From Nitrospira sp. (GTDB lineage Bacteria; Nitrospirota; Nitrospiria; Nitrospirales; Nitrospiraceae), in NCBI GenBank assembly GCA_047150005.1, contig AP038806.1, positions 2,528,001 to 2,592,000 on the forward strand: a DNA stretch of 64,000 bases, given 5' to 3'. The translations under genes were made by a program, and so were the position numbers. The notes under the pieces are model-generated. The model did not search any database and was not told where the DNA came from. It saw only the letters and a list, made by a program, of their open reading frames with translations. Positions 32,917 to 42,129 of the stretch are shown here, one piece after another (positions within the stretch are counted from its first letter, which is position 1; every line of letters begins with the position of its first letter).

Positions 32917-34677
32917 CTATTGGTAATCCTCGTTCAACGAATTCAGGAATGCGGTCACAGCCGGAAGATCGCCGGCCGTCAGGGCAATGCCCTGGAGCTG
33001 ACTATCCCCGTTCCGTAGCGTCCCCGCTCGTGCTTGATCGGATGTGCCTCGATAGAACTGGAGCACATTGGTGAGTCCGTCAAACTGTCCAGTGTGCATG
33101 TATGGGGCAGAGTGACCGAGGTCGCGCAATCCCGGTGTTTTGAATCGCGCAATCGCCCGATCCAAGAGCACGGCATTTGAGAGGGGACAGGGTTGCTGCT
33201 CGTCGCAAAGAATCGCGGTGATCTTTGCCTGCGGAGCCGGCATGTCAGGATTCCCAAACACGTTCCACGCTCCGAGGTCGGTTAGTGCCGGGTTGGCCAG
33301 CACGGGGATTTCCCGGAATCGCTCCGACGCGTTCGGGTGATTTTCCGTCGCCGGAAGGTACGCGTCGTAATTGGCGTCGCGCGCGGCGAGATTGGGGATG
33401 ACAAGCCCGGAGAATTGACCCGATCCATGAACTAGGTCGTATTCTCTTTGAGTCGTGCCGGTATTGTGCAGTTTGAAATCCGTAAAGTTAGGAGCGGGAT
33501 GGCAGACGAGACAGTTCCCGATCTTGCCCGCCGTCAGTTCTGCCGTTGAAGCTGGAATGGCGGCCGGTTCTGTCAGAAACATTTTCAGACCTTCCAGTTC
33601 GGTGGTGCCAAAGACGAATGGTTGGGAGTGGAACTGGAACTGGCCATCGGCTCGGTTCGGGTTGGAGGTGACGAATTGCAGCGTGCCGGCTAATTCACGG
33701 GCTTGTATCAGCTGCAGCAACCGCCTGCTGTACGCCGCGGGAGATTCGTTTGGATCCGGTTGCTGAGGCAGGGCATTGATGGTCAGGAACACGTCGAAGG
33801 GGGAACGGATCAAGGCACCGCTGTCGTCGGTCTGAGAGAAAAGCAGGCCGTTGACATAAGCCGCGACAACTTTGACCACTGCATCGAAAATGTCCTGGTC
33901 CGTGCTCGATCCGACGAGAACCCGATATTCAGGAGGAAGACGTGACTCGTCAGGGATCGCAGGATTCGATCCGGTGAACAGGATTCGGTAGGGTAGGCCC
34001 ACGAACTGATCCGACGGGTCGAATGACCCATCGTCCCCGCGAACCACGCGCGCTACATGGGCGACGGCCTGGGCACGTTCTCCCGGCAACCATCCGAAGT
34101 TTCGTCCAGTAAAGGTGGCCGCGACAAGATCCTCCATTGAGCTAAATTCCGTATCAAGATGGAAGAGGACGCCTCCAGGTCGATCCAGGGCGGAATTGAC
34201 CAGAGGCGGAGAATTTCTTGGCGTCAGTGTCTTTCCGTCGGCCCTGGCGGGAATAGGGCTGTGCCGCGCGAAGTCCGCGTAAGTCCGCATCCCGCCACCG
34301 GGGGCTGTCAGGACCTCGTCGACGAAATGACAGGAGCGACAATTCATTGACAGACCGTTGAAAGGACCGGGACTGATAGGGACACCGGGTGTAAGAGTTT
34401 CCACGGTGCTCACGACCGGGTCGTTGACATTGGGGCTGTTGACGTTCCCTCCATTGTCGAGAAACGCGCTGAAGGCTTGAGCGAATCGTGTTTCCATGAA
34501 CAGCCGTTCGCCGACGGCCTGCTCGGCGCCTGGTGTTCCCGTTTGCTGAACTTCTGCAGATCCGCTGGACGAGGAACCTCCACCTCCCGAACATCCGTAG
34601 GCGATAAACATGGCGCCCAGCACGACGAATCCAATCGAATATGTTGGCATGAGCCCCGATCTCACGTGTCGCATCAT
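32917..34677 (-). CDS. Di-haem cytochrome c peroxidase/MauG-family lipoprotein
   Basis: AYGC lipobox, CRSCH and CLVCH, RNSPPL, FKTPGLR..HSAPYMHTG. Confidence 0.85.
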   Translation of the reverse strand: MMRHVRSGLMPTYSIGFVVLGAMFIAYGCSGGGGSSSSGSAEVQQTGTPGAEQAVGERLFMETRFAQAFSAFLDNGGNVNSPNVNDPVVSTVETLTPGVPISPGPFNGLSMNCRSCHFVDEVLTAPGGGMRTYADFARHSPIPARADGKTLTPRNSPPLVNSALDRPGGVLFHLDTEFSSMEDLVAATFTGRNFGWLPGERAQAVAHVARVVRGDDGSFDPSDQFVGLPYRILFTGSNPAIPDESRLPPEYRVLVGSSTDQDIFDAVVKVVAAYVNGLLFSQTDDSGALIRSPFDVFLTINALPQQPDPNESPAAYSRRLLQLIQARELAGTLQFVTSNPNRADGQFQFHSQPFVFGTTELEGLKMFLTEPAAIPASTAELTAGKIGNCLVCHPAPNFTDFKLHNTGTTQREYDLVHGSGQFSGLVIPNLAARDANYDAYLPATENHPNASERFREIPVLANPALTDLGAWNVFGNPDMPAPQAKITAILCDEQQPCPLSNAVLLDRAIARFKTPGLRDLGHSAPYMHTGQFDGLTNVLQFYRGTSDQARAGTLRNGDSQLQGIALTAGDLPAVTAFLNSLNEDYQ

Positions 34678-35134
34678 GACGACCCCTCCCGAGCGAAACC
34701 TAGCGTACTGGTTAGATTGTGAAGTACGATCACGATTGGTTTATGCGAGGTTTCTGCTTCCCTTGATCGTGGAAGGAAGCGGAACGCAGCGGCTTGGTGA
34801 TCACTCAATTCACCAGATGAACAGCCTTGTGGACAACGACGCGGCGGCCCAGAGATTAGAACGCTCAGACGAGGTCCGGAGCAACGGGTATCGTCAGAGG
34901 AGATTCCGATGCTGAGCCACGGAGCAGCATCGCCTGATGTCGGTGGAGGCAAACTCCAGAGTTGTGCTGCTGCCGGCATGACGCTTACAAGGGGACCGGG
35001 GATACTGTGCGATGAGGATCATGAAAATGATCGAGGGGGCGCATAGGCTCTCCCAGAGAACTCGAAGTAGCACCACAATCTCGGGCTCTGGGTGACAACC
35101 TCTGGCCGCTAGGCATAAGCAGGAGTGAATATCG

Positions 35135-35659
35135 CTAGGTCATCCTTCCTCTTCCATGTTTCCCTGACATCAGCGGGAGTCGTAAGGCCCACATTTCATG
35201 CAGCGAGATTGAGAACATGATCAAAAATCCAATGGTCATGAATATGTCTCCCAACAGCATCGTGAAGACAAAGATTGGAGACACGTAGCTGATTAACCAG
35301 GGAGAGACCAGGTCCAGGCCGACGCCGCCGAACGCCATCCACGTCGTGCTTACCTTGACCATGTGGGATGTGCTTGTCAGATACAGCACATGCACGAGAA
35401 TCATGAAAACCACGGGCATTGTGAAGAGGTGAAAATGCGTAATCTCCGCGAGTTCCCTGAACGACATGGGCTCACCGAACGTGTTGTCAGAACCCCGGTA
35501 ATGGTCCGCGATTCCCTGAGGAGACAGGCCTGTCATGCTGTGCGCCCAGAAGAAAGAGAAAGCAAACCCCGCCAGCATGAGCATCAAGAAGAGCGTGTAT
35601 ACAAGCCTGATATGACGGTCGGAATCCCGCAGGCGAAATCGGGTATTGAAATTTCGCAT
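35135..35659 (-). CDS. Four-TM membrane protein with conserved-looking His residues
   Basis: Hydrophobic helices; EITHFHLF motif; last gene of operon. Confidence 0.75.
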   Translation of the reverse strand: MRNFNTRFRLRDSDRHIRLVYTLFLMLMLAGFAFSFFWAHSMTGLSPQGIADHYRGSDNTFGEPMSFRELAEITHFHLFTMPVVFMILVHVLYLTSTSHMVKVSTTWMAFGGVGLDLVSPWLISYVSPIFVFTMLLGDIFMTIGFLIMFSISLHEMWALRLPLMSGKHGRGRMT

Positions 35660-35677
35660 TCGATAGAAGCTTGCCCG

Positions 35678-36355
35678 TTAATTTCCGAACAGTTCGCCAA
35701 AGAAACCTTTCTCAAGCCTGCGTGCGGCTACCGTATCACTTCCAAGCCCCACGGGCTTGAGGTAGTACTCGTCGACCAGCACCAGCACACGTTTGACTCC
35801 AGCACTCATCGACCGAACTGACATGGTGGCACCGCTGATATTGATAATGTCCTTGTTGATACGAATAGGATCGAGGCATGTCTTGCCTTCATACTGGACG
35901 TTGAAGCGTTTCGTTCTCACCTCGCTGCCTCGGGCCTCGCGAAACACCAGAAGCTCAACATTCGTGACGGAACCTTTACCGTCCACGCCGACCATATATG
36001 TCATCGGCTTGTGTTTTCCGATGGTCTGTTGGATCATGGCATAGCCGTCTCGTTGCGTCCCCGTTTCTCCGATATACACTTCGAATCCATCTTCCGGGAA
36101 TTTCCAGCCGATTCGTTCTTCTATCTGCTGCTTTTTGTCAGGTGTCAATGCAATGGTTTCCTTGTAGATGTGCTGCGATTCGGGAAACATCAGTTTTAGC
36201 GCCTGCTCTTCTGTCAGAAAGACGTCAGCATGTGTCAATTCCTGTTCCGTGAGGTAACGCTTGAGCTCAGTGTCCCACACTCGCTCAGCTTGAGCCGGCA
36301 GTGGAATAAGCAGAACGGTAAGGCACAATGCAGCAAGCCACGGACGAACAATCAT
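35678..36355 (-). CDS. Exported FMN-binding (flavinylation substrate) protein
   Basis: Signal peptide AQA; DIINISGATMS flavinylation motif. Confidence 0.88.
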   Translation of the reverse strand: MIVRPWLAALCLTVLLIPLPAQAERVWDTELKRYLTEQELTHADVFLTEEQALKLMFPESQHIYKETIALTPDKKQQIEERIGWKFPEDGFEVYIGETGTQRDGYAMIQQTIGKHKPMTYMVGVDGKGSVTNVELLVFREARGSEVRTKRFNVQYEGKTCLDPIRINKDIINISGATMSVRSMSAGVKRVLVLVDEYYLKPVGLGSDTVAARRLEKGFFGELFGN

Positions 36356-36819
36356 GTTGCCACACACCCCTTCTCCTTCAGATTGTTGCCAAGCCGTTCG
36401 AACACCTTGGCTTCGGCTTCAGTGGAAGGATCAACAGGCCACCACTTGGTGGCCTGTTGAGTGACACCGCCTTTCAGATGCCATCGCTGGCGGCTTTCAA
36501 GGACACTTACTGATACAACGTCATCGAGTTGCTTGATCTTGACGGTCATCCGAGCTCGTTCTCGGTTTCCGAACCCCTCCCGCTGGAAAGCTCCGTAGGC
36601 GCGGTCTGTTCCTTCCATTTCAACCCATCCAGTCTCAATGAGGCCCTTGAACTTGTCCTGGACCTGGATCGGTCGATCCTTGAGGGATTCCATTGCTGCC
36701 CCCCACGCGGTATCGTAAGAGCAGACAAAATACTGATCCTTGCTTCCGCTCCAGGAGGCGCAGGCGCTGCATGCCAGCGCAGCGATGACGACGAGGATAC
36801 CTCTTCCGGCTGAGACCAT
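36352..36819 (-). CDS. Putative lipoprotein
   Basis: Lipobox-like CSAC, KGLIETGW (BamC-like helix-grip flavour); ATGA overlap with next gene. Confidence 0.7.
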   Translation of the reverse strand: MVSAGRGILVVIAALACSACASWSGSKDQYFVCSYDTAWGAAMESLKDRPIQVQDKFKGLIETGWVEMEGTDRAYGAFQREGFGNRERARMTVKIKQLDDVVSVSVLESRQRWHLKGGVTQQATKWWPVDPSTEAEAKVFERLGNNLKEKGCVAT

Positions 36820-36874
36820 GAACGTGCCGAGCCAGGAGAAGGCCGTCCTGGAAATAGGGGCGTGGACCTTGGAT

Positions 36875-38365
36875 CTAGAAATATGTGGCTGCTGAAATGA
36901 CCAACGCACTATCATGAATCCGTTGTTCGGTGTTGGGGTTAAAGGCCATCGGCTGATATTGGTAGCTGATCTTGAAGGCAGTATCCTCGATGGGGCGATA
37001 ATTTAAGCCGACGGAAATCTGTTCAAGATTGCCCCAGCCACCCGTCCCGTTGCTGTTGTCCAAGTTCGTGTTCACCCTGTCGTATCTGACGACGGCGGTG
37101 AAGGTCGCTCCCTCGCCAAATCGCTTCGGCGACCACTTGCTCAAGAACGACGGCATAAAATGATAGTTGCCTTGGATGTAGTAACCGCTTGACCGCTGGG
37201 GTGGAATGCCGGGGCCGCTGTTACCACCGATTCCTGTCAGCAGAGATCCCGGAGCAAAGCCGATTGTATTTGTCTGAATCGCGCGCGAGTTGCCCCTCGC
37301 GTAGGCCCAGGCTGCTTCGCCGATGAGTTCAAATGGACCTCGCTGAAATGTCCAGTCGAGGGCTACGATGCTGGTCGGGTTGTAGTTACCATTGGGGGCT
37401 CCATTGCCGTAATAGCCGGATCCTCCGACTTCAACTCCAAGCATCGGGCTGAAGGCCATGCGTCCGACGACGGCCTTGCCGTCATTAATATCTAACCCAT
37501 CGTCCGCTGGGCACTTGCGTTGCCTGGATCCTCTGGTACCATCTGCTTCATTGATTCGCGGGGTGCCATCGCTATTGTATGAACAGGGTCCGGTGGTGAA
37601 GTACAATTCGTAGTCCAACTTGCTGGTTCTTCCGGGATAAAATGTTCCGTAGAATCCAGCTCCTGTCTCAGACATGGTCGACGGGATCACAAATCGAGCG
37701 ACGAGAGGGCGGTCGGTCAAGTCGTTGAGTGGAGAATCGTGGAGGAGGTTGAACTTGCCGACCGGCAACAACAGGATGCCGGCGCGAATATTGAATGGTT
37801 CGTTGACAAGATAGTCGATATGAGCGAACTCCAGTCCGATCTCCATGCCCTGTGTGGCATCTTCACGAATACCGTGTTCGATCTCGATTTCAGAGGCGAA
37901 TTTCACGTGCTCGGTAATGTCTGCATAGATGAACGGGACGAATCGCTGCTGATCGAACGTATTGGTCGTTCCGCCATACCCGTTCTCGATACTGGCCTTG
38001 CTCTGGGAACGATATTGGATGTCCATGTAGCCGCCGACGATGGCCTTAGGTGCCGCAACGAACGGCTTGGCATAGACCAAACGTCCCGAACCAGTAGCAC
38101 CGAACGACAGAGGGACTTTTTCTTCGCCCGGTCGCTCCACCTTAATATCTGTCATCGGACCGACCCCCGTGGGGAATTGTGTGGATGGGGGAGTTCCCTC
38201 TCGACGTTCCACTGTGCCTTCACGACGCTCATGCTCCTCCAAGCGTTGCTTCACGGCTTCGTCGACCATTCGTCTGATGTCTTCCGGCGTCATGTTTTCC
38301 GCCATCGCTGGTACTGCTGAGACACTGGCTATCAAGAGAATCCCGAGCACTGACCTGGTCCACAT
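36875..38365 (-). CDS. Outer-membrane porin-like beta-barrel
   Basis: Signal peptide, N-terminal coil, FASEIEIEH, AGILLLPVG, C-terminal TYF. Confidence 0.82.
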   Translation of the reverse strand: MWTRSVLGILLIASVSAVPAMAENMTPEDIRRMVDEAVKQRLEEHERREGTVERREGTPPSTQFPTGVGPMTDIKVERPGEEKVPLSFGATGSGRLVYAKPFVAAPKAIVGGYMDIQYRSQSKASIENGYGGTTNTFDQQRFVPFIYADITEHVKFASEIEIEHGIREDATQGMEIGLEFAHIDYLVNEPFNIRAGILLLPVGKFNLLHDSPLNDLTDRPLVARFVIPSTMSETGAGFYGTFYPGRTSKLDYELYFTTGPCSYNSDGTPRINEADGTRGSRQRKCPADDGLDINDGKAVVGRMAFSPMLGVEVGGSGYYGNGAPNGNYNPTSIVALDWTFQRGPFELIGEAAWAYARGNSRAIQTNTIGFAPGSLLTGIGGNSGPGIPPQRSSGYYIQGNYHFMPSFLSKWSPKRFGEGATFTAVVRYDRVNTNLDNSNGTGGWGNLEQISVGLNYRPIEDTAFKISYQYQPMAFNPNTEQRIHDSALVISAATYF

Positions 38366-38476
38366 GCTGACCTCCATGAGATGATGGTAGTTGGTCTGAC
38401 TCGGGACGCAGGGGTCTCTGGTCGCATCAAATTATTTCTGTGGTAATAGGCTAAAGGCGAGAGAGCTCCTTTCTTT

Positions 38477-38665
38477 TTAAGAGATGGTCTTAGCGGAAAG
38501 ATGCGACCAGCCTGCGATGGCAGCAAAAGGGATGATGACAATCCGTTTGCATCTTTTGCACTTCAGTTCCAGGCCGTTCCCCAAGACTTTCGCAATAAGC
38601 TGGCCGCACGCACAGCGCGTTTCATGAGGCGAACAAGGAGAAGAAGATCCCGTATTCATGAGCAT
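38477..38665 (-). CDS. Com-like zinc-finger small protein
   Basis: ETRCACGQLIAK...LELKCKRCK, resembling phage Mu Com family. Confidence 0.7.
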   Translation of the reverse strand: MLMNTGSSSPCSPHETRCACGQLIAKVLGNGLELKCKRCKRIVIIPFAAIAGWSHLSAKTIS

Positions 38666-38689
38666 TGGGGTCGAGTCTAATATGTGAAA

Positions 38690-38706
38690 TTGAGAACGAT
38701 TATTAG
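38690..38706. promoter_or_regulatory. Candidate Fur box
   Basis: TGAGAAC-G-ATTATTA, 11/14 match to TGATAAT-N-ATTATCA; lies just downstream of a minus-strand TTGACT. Confidence 0.6.
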
Positions 38707-38832
38707 TATTCTATTTGTGCTTCTAGAGTCAAGACCGCTCATGGAAACAAGATTCTTGTGAGGAAAAGCATGTTCTTGAACCATTGGAGTCCTTTGTAGT
38801 TGGCATATGTGCTCGACTTACATAGATATTTT

Positions 38833-39422
38833 ATGCTAACGCTGAGGGCCGCTCTGATCTTTCTCGGCCTAATTAGAGGGTGTGTCCCTAGTTTGCCGAT
38901 CCTTGCTGAGCCAAGTTTGAAAGAGAAAACGCTGGCCGTAGGTCGTAGCACTACGGTCATTACCGCCGAGACTCGACGCATCATGTAGCCCTTGCAAGTT
39001 GCGCAATCAGCAAACGCTCGCATGGCTTCGTGTCGAGATTGCCTCGGACGACCATGAATTTATAGCGGCGTTGACGCCCGGAGAGTATGAACTTATCCGA
39101 GGGCAGATCGCGAAGGACCCATCACGTCTATGGCGAATGGATCCGTAATGTTTTCTACCAATGAGGATGCGATCACATGATCTGGGTGCAAGGCGCTTCG
39201 GCGTCGACTCTTCCCGCGATGGGCGGAAGGTCATTGTTATCGATGGTGATAGATGAAGACGATAGGGATGAATTGGCAAAGACTTCGAAGAAAAGATATG
39301 CTGCAGTGAACATTCGCTCGACGGTGACTGTTTTGCCGAGCCCTCCTGAAAGCGAAGCACGGTTGTGCGAAGTCATGTCGTATCCTCGTGTTCCTCAATA
39401 TTTCCTGCGTCACCAATGGTAG
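38833..39422 (+). pseudogene. Probable frameshifted lipoprotein gene upstream of apbE
   Basis: Signal/lipobox ...LIRGC fragment (38833-38988), middle fragment (~39026-39148) and C-terminal fragment (39177-39422) in three frames, ending at apbE start. Confidence 0.5.
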
Positions 39423-40480
39423 ACACGTCTCGGTGCATTGTCTGTAGCCTCATGCCGGCTTCAATAGTCGGCATGGTGATGCTTCTTATACAGGGATGTG
39501 GCAGCCTTTCCTCACCTCCTGAATCCCTGACAGTCAGGCGTACCCAGATGCATATGGGTACATTGGTGACAATCACGGCAGTTGCACCGACCGAATCGGT
39601 CGCACTGACCGCCTCTACCGAAGGATTCTTGGAGATACGCAGGCTGGAAGCATTGTTGAGTACATGGATAGGGTCGAGCGAGCTCTCGGCGGTCAACGCG
39701 GCTGCCGGAAAAGCACCGGTGCGAGTCAGCCAGGATACATTGAGCGTCGTCAAGCTGGCCTTGCAGGTGGCAAAGATGACCGGCGGGGCATTCAACATTG
39801 CGATTGGCCCGGCTGTCGATCTATGGAATGTGACAGAGAAGCAAAACATCCCTACAACGGAAGAGTTGCAACTCGTGAGAAATCGAATAGCGCTGGAGGC
39901 AGTGCACGTAGACGATGCGAAGCAAACCATCTTTCTGGAACGAGCCGGAATGCGGATTGATGTCGGGGGAATCGCGAAAGGATATGCGGCGGATCGGGTG
40001 GTGATGCGTATGAAGGAGGCTGGAGCGACGGCCGGAATAGTCGCACTTTCCGGAGACATCAAGGCATTCGGTCGATTGCCGAAAGGGGAGAAGTTTACTG
40101 TCGGGATTCAGCACCCACGAAAACCAGGAGAGATTCTTCTTGTGACCGACTTAGATAATGAAGCAATTTCAACTGCGGGAGACTATGAGCGGTATTTCGA
40201 GCGGGAGGGTATCCGCTATCATCATATTCTCGATCCTGCAACGCTTCAGCCTGCCAGAGAATGCCAAAGCGTTTCGATCATCGCGAAGGAAGGAGTGTGG
40301 GCTGACGGGTTGGATACCGGGGTGTTTGTCCTTGGTCCTGAACACGGGATGCGACTGATCGAAAGGCTTCGCGATGTGCACGCCATCATTGTTGATCGCG
40401 AGGGAAGGGTGCATGTGTCGGCCGCACTCCGGAAGCGGATCCGCCCTTCATCAGAAGAGAAAGAAGAAGCGCATGAATAA
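39416..40480 (+). CDS. apbE: FAD:protein FMN transferase
   Basis: MGT, DVGGIAKGYAAD, STAGDYERYF, YHHILDP, ADGLDT; lipobox IQGC. Confidence 0.95.
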   Translation: MVDTSRCIVCSLMPASIVGMVMLLIQGCGSLSSPPESLTVRRTQMHMGTLVTITAVAPTESVALTASTEGFLEIRRLEALLSTWIGSSELSAVNAAAGKAPVRVSQDTLSVVKLALQVAKMTGGAFNIAIGPAVDLWNVTEKQNIPTTEELQLVRNRIALEAVHVDDAKQTIFLERAGMRIDVGGIAKGYAADRVVMRMKEAGATAGIVALSGDIKAFGRLPKGEKFTVGIQHPRKPGEILLVTDLDNEAISTAGDYERYFEREGIRYHHILDPATLQPARECQSVSIIAKEGVWADGLDTGVFVLGPEHGMRLIERLRDVHAIIVDREGRVHVSAALRKRIRPSSEEKEEAHE

Positions 40481-40566
40481 CCGGAAACTTTGCCGATGAT
40501 GCAGCTAGCTCACGGAACCGGCGCAGTTTCAGGTTGGATGGAGAAAGCAACGGCGCTGCCAAGACG

Positions 40567-40941
40567 CTAAGACCGCAGCACCTCGAGGCTGACCTGGTGG
40601 AAGCCAAGTCCGCGCACGTCATCGACTACGTTGACGAAGCGCTCCAGCATGGTAATCCTGTCCGCTCGAACCAGGACCAGCGATTCCCTGGAATGGCTGA
40701 TCAATTGGACCTTCAATCCTTCCTGCGACACCGGCTGGTCATTGAGGAACAAACTGCCATCGGAGGAGAGCGTGATCACGAGCGGCACATCCTTCCGGTC
40801 TCCTGCCTCTTTGGCCTTTGCCAGGTCCACCGGAATATGTCCTGTCGTGATGAACGTGGCCGTGGTCATGACGATGACAAGGAGGACCAGCATCACGTCC
40901 ACCAGAGGGATCACGTTGATCTGATCGATCTCACGTTCCAT
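40567..40941 (-). CDS. exbD: Biopolymer transporter ExbD
   Basis: INVIPLVDVMLVLL, RAD. Confidence 0.93.
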   Translation of the reverse strand: MEREIDQINVIPLVDVMLVLLVIVMTTATFITTGHIPVDLAKAKEAGDRKDVPLVITLSSDGSLFLNDQPVSQEGLKVQLISHSRESLVLVRADRITMLERFVNVVDDVRGLGFHQVSLEVLRS

Positions 40942-41356
40942 GCTGCACCTTGTACAGGGTGATGAGTTCCGAGACCCGCCGGCGCAAGATGTTATTCATG
41001 ACCACGCAGGGAATGGCCACCAGCAGCCCCACGGCAGTGGCTTTGAGGGCGAGACTCAACCCGATCATGATGGTATTGACCGCCATCTGACCGGTCGTTC
41101 CCATTGTGTGAAACGTGAGCATGATGCCAAGGACCGTTCCGAGCAGACCGATGTAGGGTGCATTTGATGCGACGGTGCCAATAATGACCAGCCGCCTCGT
41201 CAGGGCTATCTCGAACACTTGCTGATTAGGATATTGCTTGAGGTCAACCCGCCGATAGAAGAGCCAGCGCTCAACAGCTACCGCGACACACCAAATGCTG
41301 AGAAGAAAGAGCAGTCCGATCACTCCATAGTCCACTGCGTGCTTTAACAGATCCAT
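40931..41356 (-). CDS. exbB: TonB-system energiser ExbB (short)
   Basis: NAPYIGLLGTVLGI, ALKATAVGLLVAIP. Confidence 0.93.
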   Translation of the reverse strand: MDLLKHAVDYGVIGLLFLLSIWCVAVAVERWLFYRRVDLKQYPNQQVFEIALTRRLVIIGTVASNAPYIGLLGTVLGIMLTFHTMGTTGQMAVNTIMIGLSLALKATAVGLLVAIPCVVMNNILRRRVSELITLYKVQHGT

Positions 41357-41382
41357 CTGTTGCGCCTTCCGAAGAGTCGAAC

Positions 41383-41399
41383 TTGAAAAGAGTTCTCAA
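41383..41399. promoter_or_regulatory. Candidate Fur box upstream of exbBD
   Basis: Palindrome TTGAAAA-GAG-TTCTCAA; reverse complement starts TTGAGAAC like 38690. Confidence 0.6.
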
Positions 41400-41557
41400 C
41401 ATGTCAGCTCCGTAAGCTAACAAAATTTCGAATTCTGTGTCAATCAACCTGGTCAGCCCGTCCGAATTGGACATAGGCCGAGGCCACGCCAGCCTGCATT
41501 ATTGACTCAGGGCTATTTCTATGGAGGGCATGATTCAGTGAATGATTTCTGGGGCGC

Positions 41558-41995
41558 CTAGTGGCGGCAGTGGGAACAGAGCCCGTATAGCTCGAGCCGG
41601 TGGGTCTGGATCGTAAACCCGTTCTTCGCTGCGACCTCTTCCTGGAGTCGCTCTATTTCGCAGTTTTCGAACTCGATGATCTTTCCGCACCCGGTGCAAA
41701 TAAGATGATCGTGATGACCCTTATGCGAAATGTTGTCGTATTGAGTTTGAGAGCCGAAGTGTCGGGCCTGCGCAAGTCCGGCATCGCAAAAGAGATTTAA
41801 GGTCCGATAGATGGTAGCCAATCCGAGATGCGGATCCGTCTTTGCCAGTTGATGGTACATCGCCTCGGCCGTAATGTGCTCCTGTCGCAAAAAGGCGCCC
41901 AGAATGAGCTCTCGCTGGCGTGTAAACTTCAACTGGTGTCTCGCCAGATGCTCCTTAAGCGTCTCCATTTCTTTCGCGTTCTTCCCTGATGCCAT
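41558..41995 (-). CDS. fur: Ferric uptake regulator family protein
   Basis: TRQR, ATIYRTL, HHDHLIC..C, C-terminal CxxC. Confidence 0.92.
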   Translation of the reverse strand: MASGKNAKEMETLKEHLARHQLKFTRQRELILGAFLRQEHITAEAMYHQLAKTDPHLGLATIYRTLNLFCDAGLAQARHFGSQTQYDNISHKGHHDHLICTGCGKIIEFENCEIERLQEEVAAKNGFTIQTHRLELYGLCSHCRH

Positions 41996-42129
41996 AACAG
42001 ATATGCCTCCGAGGGAACAAACATTAGAAACGAAATCATGAGGCTGGGTCAAGAGGGTTGCAATTGACGGGTTTGAGGTCCGCTGATTATAGTCGTGGGC
42101 GGTTTTGTGATGCGCGGGGAATAGCAACG

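Noticed and set aside
34678..35134. Small ORFs or pseudogene between membrane protein and peroxidase genes
   Set aside because: No recognisable motif or RBS; left unannotated
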